This document shows, one piece after another, positions 17,122 to 26,063 of a stretch of 34,784 nucleotides of DNA (position 1 is the first letter of the stretch; every line of letters starts with the position of its first letter). Source of the DNA: a virus (lineage: Duplodnaviria; Caudoviricetes); IMG/VR virus record IMGVR_UViG_3300037962_000405, positions 1-34,784 of that record, one strand, 5' to 3'. A program made the translations under genes and the position numbers. The notes under the pieces were generated by a model. It did not search any database and was not told the DNA's origin. It saw nothing but the letters and a program-made list of their open reading frames with translations.

Positions 17122-17904
17122 ATGCTGACACAAAAGAAAATAAACGAAGCTATTGAACACACTGGATTAAAGCTAGTCGGATTTACGGGCGCGGGGTATT
17201 TCTACTTCCTCGATCTCAACGGAGATCAGGCGGGAGACTCGGTTTATGTCAATTCACTGAATCATATGTCGCTGGAAGCATGGGTCGACGTAGCGTCAGA
17301 TCGTCAATCGAAACACTACAAGACACACTATACAGAACTATTAAGACTCGAACGCTGGGTCGGATGGAGAAACTGGGACTCTCGCAAGATCCCCCTCGAC
17401 CCGTCGACCGGATCGTATGCCAAGACAAACGACCCCGCGACTTGGACAGACTACGAAACCGCTGAGAACTTCTGGAGAAACTTCTGTCTCGACCCGTTCA
17501 CCGGCGAGCCGGACGACAGGATCTACGAGACGGGCGGCGTCGGGTTCGTGTTCATAGAGTCGGACGATATATTCGGAATAGATCTCGACGGCTGTCGTGA
17601 TCCCGAGACCGGAGAGATTGAACTCTGGGCTTGGAATATAATTCTCTCCGTAGACAGTTATACTGAAATCTCACCGTCCGGCGAGGGCGTCCATATACTC
17701 GGGCGAGGATACAGCGGTCACGACGGGCGCGGCGTACGGATCAACCGCTCCGAGACTCAGCGGGTCGAAGTCTACCCGCACGGTCGATACTTCGCGACTA
17801 CGTTCGAGCATCTCGACGGATACGAGCATCTTAAATACGTCGACGAGTCAGTCGTTGAGGAAATCATCAACAGGGAGCGAGAGCTAATTGCAGAAACGAT
17901 TTAG
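17122..17904 (+). CDS. Stand-alone NrS-1-like primase-polymerase catalytic domain with an N-terminal fusion
   Basis: WVGW...KIP.DP.TG..AK.NDPATW...GVGFVF...GIDLDGC...SYTEISPSGEGVHI...EVY..GRYF. Confidence 0.85.
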   Translation: MLTQKKINEAIEHTGLKLVGFTGAGYFYFLDLNGDQAGDSVYVNSLNHMSLEAWVDVASDRQSKHYKTHYTELLRLERWVGWRNWDSRKIPLDPSTGSYAKTNDPATWTDYETAENFWRNFCLDPFTGEPDDRIYETGGVGFVFIESDDIFGIDLDGCRDPETGEIELWAWNIILSVDSYTEISPSGEGVHILGRGYSGHDGRGVRINRSETQRVEVYPHGRYFATTFEHLDGYEHLKYVDESVVEEIINRERELIAETI

Positions 17905-18097
17905 AGAGTTTAACGCGACGAACGACGGCGGCTCCTGCTTATGGTGCGGGAGCCGCGTTCCTCGCGAGGCATGGAGCCGATACTTCTGTCTTGTCGGATG
18001 CGCCCGCCAATACGCGGAGCGATACGCGGAGTTAGGCTATCGGCTCGAGAATCGAGACGAAGGAGACGAGAACGATGAGCGAGTTATTCGGACTTAA
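17888..18097 (+). CDS. Small Cys4 zinc-binding protein
   Basis: CLWCG...YFCLVGC. TTG start preceded by GGAG/GAG. Confidence 0.55.
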   Translation: MQKRFREFNATNDGGSCLWCGSRVPREAWSRYFCLVGCARQYAERYAELGYRLENRDEGDENDERVIRT

Positions 18098-18188
18098 CAT
18101 CGAAACGATCGGGATGATCGCTTTAACAGTCCATCTATTACTACTTACGATGTCACGGGAGACGCGGGAACATGAAGAAGAAATATAA
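18075..18188 (+). CDS. 37-aa putative membrane peptide (not in the ORF track)
   Basis: AAGGAGACGAGAACG-ATG leader, MSELFGLNIETIGMIALTVHLLLLTMSRETREHEEEI*. Fills the gap between its neighbours. Confidence 0.5.
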   Translation: MSELFGLNIETIGMIALTVHLLLLTMSRETREHEEEI

Positions 18189-18399
18189 ACCAGAACAGCG
18201 AGAACTAATCCTCGCGAACCTAATCGCGGACAGGAAGTCTAAGGGACTCAGCGTCTATAATCTGACGATCAAAAATAGAAACGGAGTCGACCAAGGGAAC
18301 TGGAGCCGATACGAATCGGGGGAGAAGCTACCGTCGCTTGAGCAAATTTTTAAAATGGCGAAGGCGCTCGGGCGCGAGGTCACAATTCAGATAGACTAG
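18172..18399 (+). CDS. XRE HTH regulator
   Basis: RKSKGLS...GVDQGNWSRYESGEKLPSLEQIFKMAKALG. Confidence 0.85.
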   Translation: MKKKYKPEQRELILANLIADRKSKGLSVYNLTIKNRNGVDQGNWSRYESGEKLPSLEQIFKMAKALGREVTIQID

Positions 18400-18629
18400 C
18401 TCGCGACTTTCTCGAGGATCTGCTTTTGCAATTCGCCGATACGAGTAAGGCATTCGCTCTGAATCTCGAGTTGTTCTTCCATTTTTAACAAGAATCTCTT
18501 GTGACTACTGACGACCGGCTCGACGACCAGAATCATCAGCGCGGCGGCGGCTTTGCGAATCGCGTATAGAAGGATCAAGCAAATAAGAATCGGGAAGCCG
18601 AAGTCGCTGAGTAGATTTACAATTTCCAT
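18396..18629 (-). CDS. Holin-like membrane protein
   Basis: LLSDFGFPILICLILLY transmembrane segment plus a coiled-coil tail. Confidence 0.55.
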   Translation of the reverse strand: MEIVNLLSDFGFPILICLILLYAIRKAAAALMILVVEPVVSSHKRFLLKMEEQLEIQSECLTRIGELQKQILEKVAS

Positions 18630-18632
18630 CGT

Positions 18633-18839
18633 TTAGATCTTCTGGTCTATGTCGTTGCCGTAAAAGTCACGTTTCACCCGACGCTCTCGGCTGAAGACGT
18701 GAACCCAATATTTAAGGAATCCAACGCGGATAAACCCGAGCGGCTTCATCCCTCGCTCGAGCGTCACTAGATCATGAGCCGAGTTCGACCGTATCATCAT
18801 ACGACCGCGTCGTCCGTTCTTTACGAATCGCCATCTCAT
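18633..18839 (-). CDS. Basic hypothetical protein
   Basis: 68 aa, ATGA overlap with the upstream gene. Confidence 0.55.
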   Translation of the reverse strand: MRWRFVKNGRRGRMMIRSNSAHDLVTLERGMKPLGFIRVGFLKYWVHVFSRERRVKRDFYGNDIDQKI

Positions 18840-19051
18840 TTATCACCTACCTTCGACGGATTCGTCGGTCTCAGCGAGTCGCCGACTACAAGAGCCGCGA
18901 TGAAGATCGCTATATCGTCGATACGGTCTTCGGGTATCCATTCGTGTTTCGCGGCGAGTACGGTTAAGACTGCCCCGATCACGGTCGATACGACCCGCTT
19001 GCTTTTCAGAGCCTCGAAGAAGTCGCCGAATATGCTTTTCACAAATTCCAT
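18836..19051 (-). CDS. Holin-like protein (2 hydrophobic segments)
   Basis: LKSKRVVSTVIGAVLTVLA...IAIFIAALVVGDSLR. Confidence 0.6.
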   Translation of the reverse strand: MEFVKSIFGDFFEALKSKRVVSTVIGAVLTVLAAKHEWIPEDRIDDIAIFIAALVVGDSLRPTNPSKVGDK

Positions 19052-19302
19052 TAGAAGAACCCTCCTAGTTTTGATTTAAACGCGGCGAAGGCGGCGAGTA
19101 TGATTCCGATGAAGATCGAGAGCCACTTCCATTTGCTCGCTTTGCCGTGTTGGAGTTCAGCTTTCGACCGGATGATCTCCGCGCGACCTCCGAACTTAAT
19201 CTCTTTCTTCTCTGTCTTCGCCTCGACGCGATCGGCGCGGCCGTTATCCTGCGGACTCGGCGTCGGGTCGACTTCCATTCGTTGACGTCTTCGGCGAGGC
19301 AT
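19051..19302 (-). CDS. Small protein with a C-terminal transmembrane helix
   Basis: Basic N-terminus, then WKWLSIFIGIILAAFAAF. Confidence 0.6.
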   Translation of the reverse strand: MPRRRRQRMEVDPTPSPQDNGRADRVEAKTEKKEIKFGGRAEIIRSKAELQHGKASKWKWLSIFIGIILAAFAAFKSKLGGFF

Positions 19303-19305
19303 CGA

Positions 19306-20133
19306 CTACACCCTCGCTACTTCGACGCGGACGGGGTTATCTGCTTCACTCTGCGCGCTGATTGTCACGCTCGACGGGTTATAAATCAGCGACCCCGCGT
19401 TTACTTTAATCGACGAGATCGTCCTCGCGACGGCTGACCGTGACAGATCAAACGACCCGCCGTCGACCGTCACCGATCCATAAGACCCCGACCCGCTGGG
19501 GATCATCGACCCGCCCTTTATAGAGATTGAACCATCACAACCGGCGCTAAGATCTGTTGTAAGTGTGCCGCCGTAAACCGTCACGTCGTTTAACGTTGAA
19601 CGAGTTATCAGGGAGCCGTTATAGATTGTTGCGTCTGTACCGCCGGACGTTGAAAGACCAACCCCGATAAATAGATCACCTCCGATCATGTTAATTGTCG
19701 TACAACTCGCGGAGTCGTCGGCTGCGTGACTTAGTCCGACCGACCCGCCTTTTATGATTAGGTCGTCGATTGTACCGACGAGATTAACTCCGTAATTGTC
19801 ACCGCTCGCGGCGGCGGAGTTCTCGACTGTAACGTCGACGTCTGAACTGTTGAGATCTACGAACGACTGCCCCGACCCGCTGAACCTAACCTCGCCAGTA
19901 ATCTGAACGTCGAGGTCTGCGGTCTCTGTTCCGATGTTCACGTTACACCCCGCCTCGACGACCAGAGCGCCGTACGTCGTCGCCGACTGATCGAGGCCGT
20001 CTGTCAGGTCACTCGTCGAGCGGCTCGTGAAGTGTAGCTCGTCATTTGTAACCGGAGCGCCCGAAGGCGACCAATTGCTCGCGGTATTAAATGACTTGTC
20101 CGATGACGAGCCGATCCAGAATTTCTTAGCCAT
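19306..20133 (-). CDS. Beta-helix virion protein (autotransporter-passenger-like strands)
   Basis: W.G......NTASNWSPSGAP..ND.L.F start and repeated I.GG.L strands. Confidence 0.6.
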   Translation of the reverse strand: MAKKFWIGSSSDKSFNTASNWSPSGAPVTNDELHFTSRSTSDLTDGLDQSATTYGALVVEAGCNVNIGTETADLDVQITGEVRFSGSGQSFVDLNSSDVDVTVENSAAASGDNYGVNLVGTIDDLIIKGGSVGLSHAADDSASCTTINMIGGDLFIGVGLSTSGGTDATIYNGSLITRSTLNDVTVYGGTLTTDLSAGCDGSISIKGGSMIPSGSGSYGSVTVDGGSFDLSRSAVARTISSIKVNAGSLIYNPSSVTISAQSEADNPVRVEVARV

Positions 20134-20215
20134 TCGTAATATCTCCTAGTTATATTTTCGCCGAGTATTAAAATCAGGTCACGACCAACGGTCGACGGAT
20201 ATAGTCAGCGGCGAT

Positions 20216-21154
20216 TTATTTCTGTTGGAATGCGGTAATAACCCAGCCTTCGACGTTCGCATAAGTCGCTGAGTCGTAGTAACTCATATACTCAGCGATT
20301 GCGATATCGTTATCGTTTACTTCGTAACTGGTCACAGGGTTCCCGAAGCCGTCGTAGGTCGTCGTCTCGTTTAGCGTCGGTAGTTTAAACGGGTTAGCTG
20401 CATCCAGTTCTCCGGCGTCGACGAGATCTTCTCGGAGGACGCCGTTTATCGGGGTTAGGTTATCGAGTGTAAACGACGTGTCGCTCGTATAGCCGTCACT
20501 CGTTAATTGACCGGATATTCTCGTCGCGTACTTGCTCCGATGGAGTCCGCATTCAGCGACATACCATCTAGTTTTATTGCCGCGATTGAGATACTCATCG
20601 GAGCGGTAAACGATCCGCGCGCCGATCTTGCCATAGGATCCCGCCTTCGCTCCGCGCCAGCCGTCCTCGTCTAAATAAATAATATCGTCGAATTTGCTGT
20701 CGCCTTCTTTAGCTACAATCCAAGAGAGACCGGTTAATTGGACGACGACGTCGTCTTCGCCGTAAATCGTACCTTCCTGAGAAATACCCCAGTACATCGC
20801 GAAACGGTTCGGGTAGTCCGCGACGGACAGATTGAACGGCGCGTCGCCTGCGAGAATTGGATCGTCTGGGGTAAAAGTACCGTTACTTTGCGACCAGCCG
20901 CCGGTCGTTGAATATGAAGCAACTAAACTAATCGAGGATTTTATAACGACGGGCGAGAACGGATAGACGACATTCTTTACGTGAACATTTGCGGCGTTCG
21001 AGAATGTATTGTCTTCGACCGGTGTTATGAACTCGCGTTTTTTGCTGCGAGCCTCTAGCCGTGATAAACGGTCGGGGACTTGCTGGAGTTCGTTCCAGAG
21101 ATCCGCCGGAATGCTTATCGGGTCGCCTTGTATAACTCGGCTGTATTTTGACAT
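20216..21154 (-). CDS. Putative tail tip protein
   Basis: 312 aa, second gene after the tape measure. Confidence 0.55.
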   Translation of the reverse strand: MSKYSRVIQGDPISIPADLWNELQQVPDRLSRLEARSKKREFITPVEDNTFSNAANVHVKNVVYPFSPVVIKSSISLVASYSTTGGWSQSNGTFTPDDPILAGDAPFNLSVADYPNRFAMYWGISQEGTIYGEDDVVVQLTGLSWIVAKEGDSKFDDIIYLDEDGWRGAKAGSYGKIGARIVYRSDEYLNRGNKTRWYVAECGLHRSKYATRISGQLTSDGYTSDTSFTLDNLTPINGVLREDLVDAGELDAANPFKLPTLNETTTYDGFGNPVTSYEVNDNDIAIAEYMSYYDSATYANVEGWVITAFQQK

Positions 21155-21156
21155 TC

Positions 21157-22155
21157 TTACACCTGCGGTTTATTCCGCTCGATCTCTCTATTCTTCCGCT
21201 TCTCGTCGATCTGTTGTTTACGCCAAGTGAGATAAGCGGTTCTCGCGACTATCGCATCAGGAATTCCGAGCGAGTCGAAATTTATGTATTTATAAATTTG
21301 ATGAACGCTTACACGAAAAACATGCTCGCCGGACTTCTCAACTTTGCCGTCTACTATCTCTTGATAATGTTTTTTTGTCTCGTACTCAATCATCTCATGA
21401 CCGCGTTTTATCGGCGTTATTATGTCGTGGTCAACCGCTTGTTGATTTACGTTGTCGCCATAATGAACGCGAGGTATAAGAATGTTTGTAACAATATTTT
21501 TAATATTCGGCTCGGCGACAAATTTAAAGTCGATCTTGATCGTTCCGCCCGTCCAATTACCCGATGCCCCGACGAATAAAACCTCGCCTTTTTCGAAAGT
21601 TCGGAACGTCCGATCGTTCACGCTTGCCGTCATGTTAGACAGATTCTTTAAGTTAATCCACGTTGTATAATTCGCGGGGAATGTGTGCGACTCCGTCCAC
21701 GTCATGAAAGGGATGACACGTTCCGTTTCTGGCATGAAATATTGTTTTACAGTCGACGACATTAAGCCGAACGTATCATTCCACCATTGCTGACGACTTT
21801 CGACCGTTTCCCTCGTCTTAGCCGTCCCACCTTCGGTCGAGAAACTCAACTCGGCGTTCCTATTGTAATTCTCAAGATCCCGTTTATCCTGTTTGTCTTT
21901 CTCGTTCTCCTGATCGTCGTTAGAAAATGTAACAGTGGCTAGCCATTTGTCCTGATCGTCGCATTCAATCGGAGCCAGTGAGATATTTTTAGCGGGTAGG
22001 CCGATATGTTCATTATCCAACTCGTCGACGAGATACTGGTAGATCTCGTGATCTTCGCTCGAACCCTCGACGACGTATATGATGTCGACCGATCCGCCCT
22101 TCGCGGTAATAGATCCAGTCCTCGACCCGCTCTTCTCATAATGTGTAATCGCCAT
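21157..22155 (-). CDS. Putative distal tail/hub protein
   Basis: 332 aa directly after the tape measure. VNDRTFRTFEKGEVLFVGASG. Confidence 0.6.
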   Translation of the reverse strand: MAITHYEKSGSRTGSITAKGGSVDIIYVVEGSSEDHEIYQYLVDELDNEHIGLPAKNISLAPIECDDQDKWLATVTFSNDDQENEKDKQDKRDLENYNRNAELSFSTEGGTAKTRETVESRQQWWNDTFGLMSSTVKQYFMPETERVIPFMTWTESHTFPANYTTWINLKNLSNMTASVNDRTFRTFEKGEVLFVGASGNWTGGTIKIDFKFVAEPNIKNIVTNILIPRVHYGDNVNQQAVDHDIITPIKRGHEMIEYETKKHYQEIVDGKVEKSGEHVFRVSVHQIYKYINFDSLGIPDAIVARTAYLTWRKQQIDEKRKNREIERNKPQV

Positions 22156-22162
22156 AAGTCAC

Positions 22163-24310
22163 CTATTGAAACACTACGCCGCCTGTTAGATTCTTCCGTA
22201 TCTGTTTGAGTTCCTCGGCTGCAACATTTGTATTGTTCGCGATTTCCTCCTCGGTCTGGTTCTGCGTCTCGCGACTCCAGCGACCCATACCTTGCGCGAG
22301 AAACGCGAAGGAACTTACCCAGTTATCGCGCGACTCGTTGACCGCGTCGAGTTGCGGAATCTTAACGCTGATTTCCTGCTCGGCGGCGGCGGCGCCTGCG
22401 CCTGCTCCTGAATCGCCTGCGTTCTCTAGCTGTGCTGTCACCTCCGCCAATTTCGCGGCGGCTTTCGCTCGCAATTCTTCGAGCTTCGCTTTCTGCTCCT
22501 CGATATTTTTGTCTGCATTCTTCTCCGCCTCTTTTAGCGCAGCCTCGCCCTCTTTGATGCGCTGCTCGTAATTGTTTAGTAGAACTAAATTTCCCATCGT
22601 GACATCGTGATCAATGCGGTCGAGCTTCCAGTCGGTGACCCCTTGGTCTTCTTCATTCCACCAAGCATTGAAATTAACCCCGATCCGTTCCACTCCGCCC
22701 CATATATGATTTAAGAGACCTTGCGCGCCTGTCTTCACTTTATCCAGAGTTCCGGACATTTCGTTCTGCATATTCGCCCAACCGAGCGACATCCAGCCCC
22801 AAAATTGCGACCAAAGAGTTTTAAGTCCTTGAATAAGGATATCGGTCGCGAGTTGTATATCACCCGCCGCGATCGCGTCTTTAATTCCACCTATTGCGAG
22901 CGAGGAAGTGTTCATAATATCTTTAAAAGTCTCGGCGGTTTTCTCTTTTGCCCGTTGCCCCGCTTCGGTAAACTTAACGAACGCGACCCCCGCGCCGCCG
23001 AGTAGCCCTATCATCAAACCGAACGGCGAGAACAGCGTCGCGATAACTGCGGCTAGTGATTTGATTAAGAGAATCGGAACCCCTAGCGCCTTTGCGAACA
23101 TTAAAAACCCTAGCGACAACAGTTTCAGCGTACCGCCGATCACCAGCAAACTAAGCGACAGACCGCCTAGCATTACGATTAGATGCCCATTATGTTTTAT
23201 AAATCTCGCGATGACCTTAACCGCGACCTCTGCGTATGCGGCGAACTGTTTCACGTACGGCGCGAGGTTCTCTCCGATCTCGATCGCGACAACCTTCAGA
23301 GACCCCCAGAGTTTTTTGAATTGCATTGTCAGCGTCTTAGACATTTTTTCGAACGCTTCCTCGGTCGCCCCTGCTCCGTTTTTCATTTCTTCGAGGTCGG
23401 CGTTAAAGCTGCCTAACTGTTTAAGCGCTGGAAGAATACCCTTAATCGCGCGGATATTTGGAAAGATCTTCGCGATCTCGTCTGGCGACATGTCCTTCAT
23501 CATATTGAAGATTCCCTCGAGACCGCCTAACTGTTGTAAGGTCTGCGGGTTCATCTCCATTCCGGTGAGTTCTCGAAATGCGTCGGCGGCTTCTTTTGAC
23601 GGCTTCAGGAATGCGGAGATTGCCGCCGTGATCGCGGTCATTGTTTCATCAGTCGAGAGACCCGTTCGCGTGATGGTCGCGATCATAGCGCCGAGAGTCT
23701 CCGTCGATACGCCCGCCGCCGCTGCGACTGTCGCGACCTTACCAATTGAACCGGCGAGCGACTCGAAGTCCGTCTGTCCCTTCTTCACAATCGAAAATAA
23801 TAAGTCGCTGACATTCCCCGCCTGATTCGCTGCGAGACCGTACGCATTTAAGACCGTGACAATCGCCTTCGAGGAGGTCGCAACGTCGGTCATACCGGCG
23901 ACGGCGGCTCGCTGGGACACTTCCAGAACGTCGAGCGCGTTCGCCGCTGGTACACTCGCGGACAAAATAGAATAGAGAGCGTCCGACAGTTCATCACTCG
24001 AGCCGCCGAAGTTTTTCATCATCGACTTGATACCCTCTGAGAATTGAGGCATCCATTTATCGGGATCGGTCAGCATGGTCGAGACCTTCGCCATATTGTT
24101 TTCGAAGGTCGCGAATGCCTTCGTTGCAAGCGCGAGAGGCGCAGCGATCCCGATTCCAAGCCGAGTCATCGAGCCGCCCAGCGCACCGATAGACCCCGCG
24201 AACGCTTTCATCTTCATCTGTGCGCGCTTCAGTCCGCTGACGAATTTATTGTCGTTGAGTCCTAATTCAACAAACCCGCGACCCGCCCGAATTCCTGCTG
24301 ATCCAGCCAT
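22163..24310 (-). CDS. Tail tape measure protein (TP901-like core)
   Basis: IRAGRGFVEL start, FENNMAKVSTM...GQTDFESLA.SIGKV core, Ala-rich helices, hydrophobic middle. Confidence 0.92.
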   Translation of the reverse strand: MAGSAGIRAGRGFVELGLNDNKFVSGLKRAQMKMKAFAGSIGALGGSMTRLGIGIAAPLALATKAFATFENNMAKVSTMLTDPDKWMPQFSEGIKSMMKNFGGSSDELSDALYSILSASVPAANALDVLEVSQRAAVAGMTDVATSSKAIVTVLNAYGLAANQAGNVSDLLFSIVKKGQTDFESLAGSIGKVATVAAAAGVSTETLGAMIATITRTGLSTDETMTAITAAISAFLKPSKEAADAFRELTGMEMNPQTLQQLGGLEGIFNMMKDMSPDEIAKIFPNIRAIKGILPALKQLGSFNADLEEMKNGAGATEEAFEKMSKTLTMQFKKLWGSLKVVAIEIGENLAPYVKQFAAYAEVAVKVIARFIKHNGHLIVMLGGLSLSLLVIGGTLKLLSLGFLMFAKALGVPILLIKSLAAVIATLFSPFGLMIGLLGGAGVAFVKFTEAGQRAKEKTAETFKDIMNTSSLAIGGIKDAIAAGDIQLATDILIQGLKTLWSQFWGWMSLGWANMQNEMSGTLDKVKTGAQGLLNHIWGGVERIGVNFNAWWNEEDQGVTDWKLDRIDHDVTMGNLVLLNNYEQRIKEGEAALKEAEKNADKNIEEQKAKLEELRAKAAAKLAEVTAQLENAGDSGAGAGAAAAEQEISVKIPQLDAVNESRDNWVSSFAFLAQGMGRWSRETQNQTEEEIANNTNVAAEELKQIRKNLTGGVVFQ

Positions 24311-24888
24311 TATCCGCCGCTCCTCATTAACGAACTCATCTGACGCTTAGAAAGTACGCCTTTAAATATCTGCGGAATCTTTGTCAGATTCTTCTTAAAA
24401 GCCGGTATCATGTACGGACGAGGTTTTACATAGAATCGCCCTTTATATCTCCGCCGGAATTCCTCGCTGTAAAAATCTGATTTCACGTATCCCCCATGCT
24501 CCATGACCTCCGGCGCGCCGCCGCGTCGATTTAGACCGACTGATCCGATGACGACGCTCTCTCTAATTTTGTCGTACGAAAATAACAACAGAGCGTAAAG
24601 GAGCGCTTCGGATTTTGGATTCCCCCAGCGTCTCGGCGGGCTATTCGGTTTAGATCTCTCAAGAATCGCGGTTTTCTTGAAACGTCCCGCCGTGTCGCGA
24701 CCTAAACGAGTTTTACCGACCCGCATTGACCGCCTCGCGTCGCTCCGAACATACGCTCCGAATTTGCTAAGCGCGCGACGCATCCCCTTTTTGGTCTCAG
24801 ACTCTACCGTCTTGCGATCAAAAAACCATTTTTTCATCGAAGCCGTCGAGGATAGATTCGCGCCGCGAAGACTTATCACTTTAGCCAT
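24310..24888 (-). CDS. HK97 gp10-like tail/neck protein
   Basis: Basic. MEHGG...KPRPYMIPAF motif. Confidence 0.65.
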   Translation of the reverse strand: MAKVISLRGANLSSTASMKKWFFDRKTVESETKKGMRRALSKFGAYVRSDARRSMRVGKTRLGRDTAGRFKKTAILERSKPNSPPRRWGNPKSEALLYALLLFSYDKIRESVVIGSVGLNRRGGAPEVMEHGGYVKSDFYSEEFRRRYKGRFYVKPRPYMIPAFKKNLTKIPQIFKGVLSKRQMSSLMRSGG

Positions 24889-25144
24889 TTCGCGCCCCCC
24901 TCGGTATAAGCATCTTGAGAGCCTCGATCCCTGCTTCGATCGGCTTCTCGGCTTGTTGCTTCATCGCGATCACGGGATGAAAATCGGAGATCTTAAATTT
25001 GCGACCTTTACCGGCTAAGGCATTTGAGATTAAAGTCATGAGACTTGCCGTCCTGTTCCATTCGTCCGTTAATTTTGATTCGAACATAATCGACAATTCG
25101 CGAAGTGTGAACGGCGACGGGTCGACGCCGACGACTCCGCTCAT
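24881..25144 (-). CDS. Tail assembly chaperone, GT-like portion
   Basis: GVDP..FTLREL...W..TA...DFHP. Lies in the -1 frame relative to the upstream chaperone. Confidence 0.65.
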   Translation of the reverse strand: MSGVVGVDPSPFTLRELSIMFESKLTDEWNRTASLMTLISNALAGKGRKFKISDFHPVIAMKQQAEKPIEAGIEALKMLIPRGARNG

Positions 25145-25617
25145 TGTGCAGATACTGTCCCAGACGTTTTGTCGTCGAAGTCCTTCTCTACTTCCCGAAT
25201 CTTCTCCTCTATGAACTTGTCCAGACGATCGCTCTCCACCATCGCCTGAGCCTGTTCCAGAATCCGAAGTTCCGCCGACCGGATCTTCTCTAGAATCTTG
25301 TGCAGAATGATCCTTTTTTTTTCAGGATACAGTTGTACAAGTTCTTCGAGAAACAGATCGGTCGCCGCTTCAATGACGTCGCCGGAGAACGCTCCGAAGA
25401 AGTCGTCCTCGTTGATATCCTTCGCGGCGGCTTCATCTGCAACCAAGACCCAAAGAACGCCAGCAAGTCGGACAGGGTCGGACGCTAAATCAGTTACAAT
25501 CGTCGAGATATCATCTCCGAAGAGGTCGATCTCGAGTATGTCTCTAATTTTCTTCGCCGAGCCTATCGTTAGGCTAAGACTCCATGTCCGACCGGCGGTG
25601 TCTTTGAATGTCTTCAA
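25141..25617 (-). CDS. Tail assembly chaperone (G-like)
   Basis: MKTFKDTAGRTW..., located between the tail tube and tape measure. Confidence 0.7.
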   Translation of the reverse strand: MKTFKDTAGRTWSLSLTIGSAKKIRDILEIDLFGDDISTIVTDLASDPVRLAGVLWVLVADEAAAKDINEDDFFGAFSGDVIEAATDLFLEELVQLYPEKKRIILHKILEKIRSAELRILEQAQAMVESDRLDKFIEEKIREVEKDFDDKTSGTVSAQ

Positions 25618-25621
25618 TTAA

Positions 25622-26059
25622 CTAGCTGACGGTGTGCCAGCTTGGAGTCGCGATCAGATCGCCCTTTGTGATCTTCAGCGAGACGTCGACCATCAGAGCC
25701 TCCTCGAGACTTTCAGTCCGTGAGAAGTTTGTGATCGTCATCTCCGCCTTGAGACCCTGCGATCCGCTCGAGTCGTCCGCCCCGTCGAGGAACATAAAGG
25801 CGAGCGTAGTATCGTTAAAATATGCGTTCTTAATCGCCGTAAATCCCGCGTCGTCGGTATCCCAGACCATCTGAAAATCTACGCCGCCCTCCTTGAGAGT
25901 CGCGGCATACTGACGGAAGCCACCGCCCGAGCGGGTCGTGATATCGGCTTCGCCCTTCTCAAGGTTAATCGTCAGGTCTTTGATATTAGAGAGTTCTGTA
26001 TACGTACTCGCGTCAGTCGAGTAGTACGCTTTTGCGTTAATACCAAGTACAACGGCCAT
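25622..26059 (-). CDS. Tail tube protein
   Basis: ELSNIKDLTINLEKGEADITTR...ITNFSRTESLEEALMVDVSLK. Confidence 0.85.
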   Translation of the reverse strand: MAVVLGINAKAYYSTDASTYTELSNIKDLTINLEKGEADITTRSGGGFRQYAATLKEGGVDFQMVWDTDDAGFTAIKNAYFNDTTLAFMFLDGADDSSGSQGLKAEMTITNFSRTESLEEALMVDVSLKITKGDLIATPSWHTVS

Positions 26060-26063
26060 AGTT

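Larger units (their letters stand above)
13168..17124 (+). repeat. Dispersed leader repeat ACAAGGACACGAGAC(A/G)..ATG, 10 copies here and 3 more at 31.6-32.2 kb
   Basis: Precedes ATGs at 13186, 13396, 14309, 14627, 15028, 15265, 15612, 15977, 16485 and 17122, plus 31647, 31904 and a degenerate copy at 32185. Confidence 0.95.

Noticed and set aside
13168-17124. CRISPR array or integron attC array
   Set aside because: The spacers are whole ORFs of variable length, the repeats lack the attC hairpin and GTTRRRY core, and there is no cas or intI gene.
21148-21579. Hydrophobic 143-aa plus-strand ORF
   Set aside because: Entirely antisense to a tail gene and explained by local AT richness.
22206-24350. 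Long plus-strand ORFs (e.g. 22908-23825, 305 aa)
   Set aside because: Antisense shadows of the tape measure gene with no RBS or motifs. The same applies to plus-strand ORFs over the helicases, portal and terminase.
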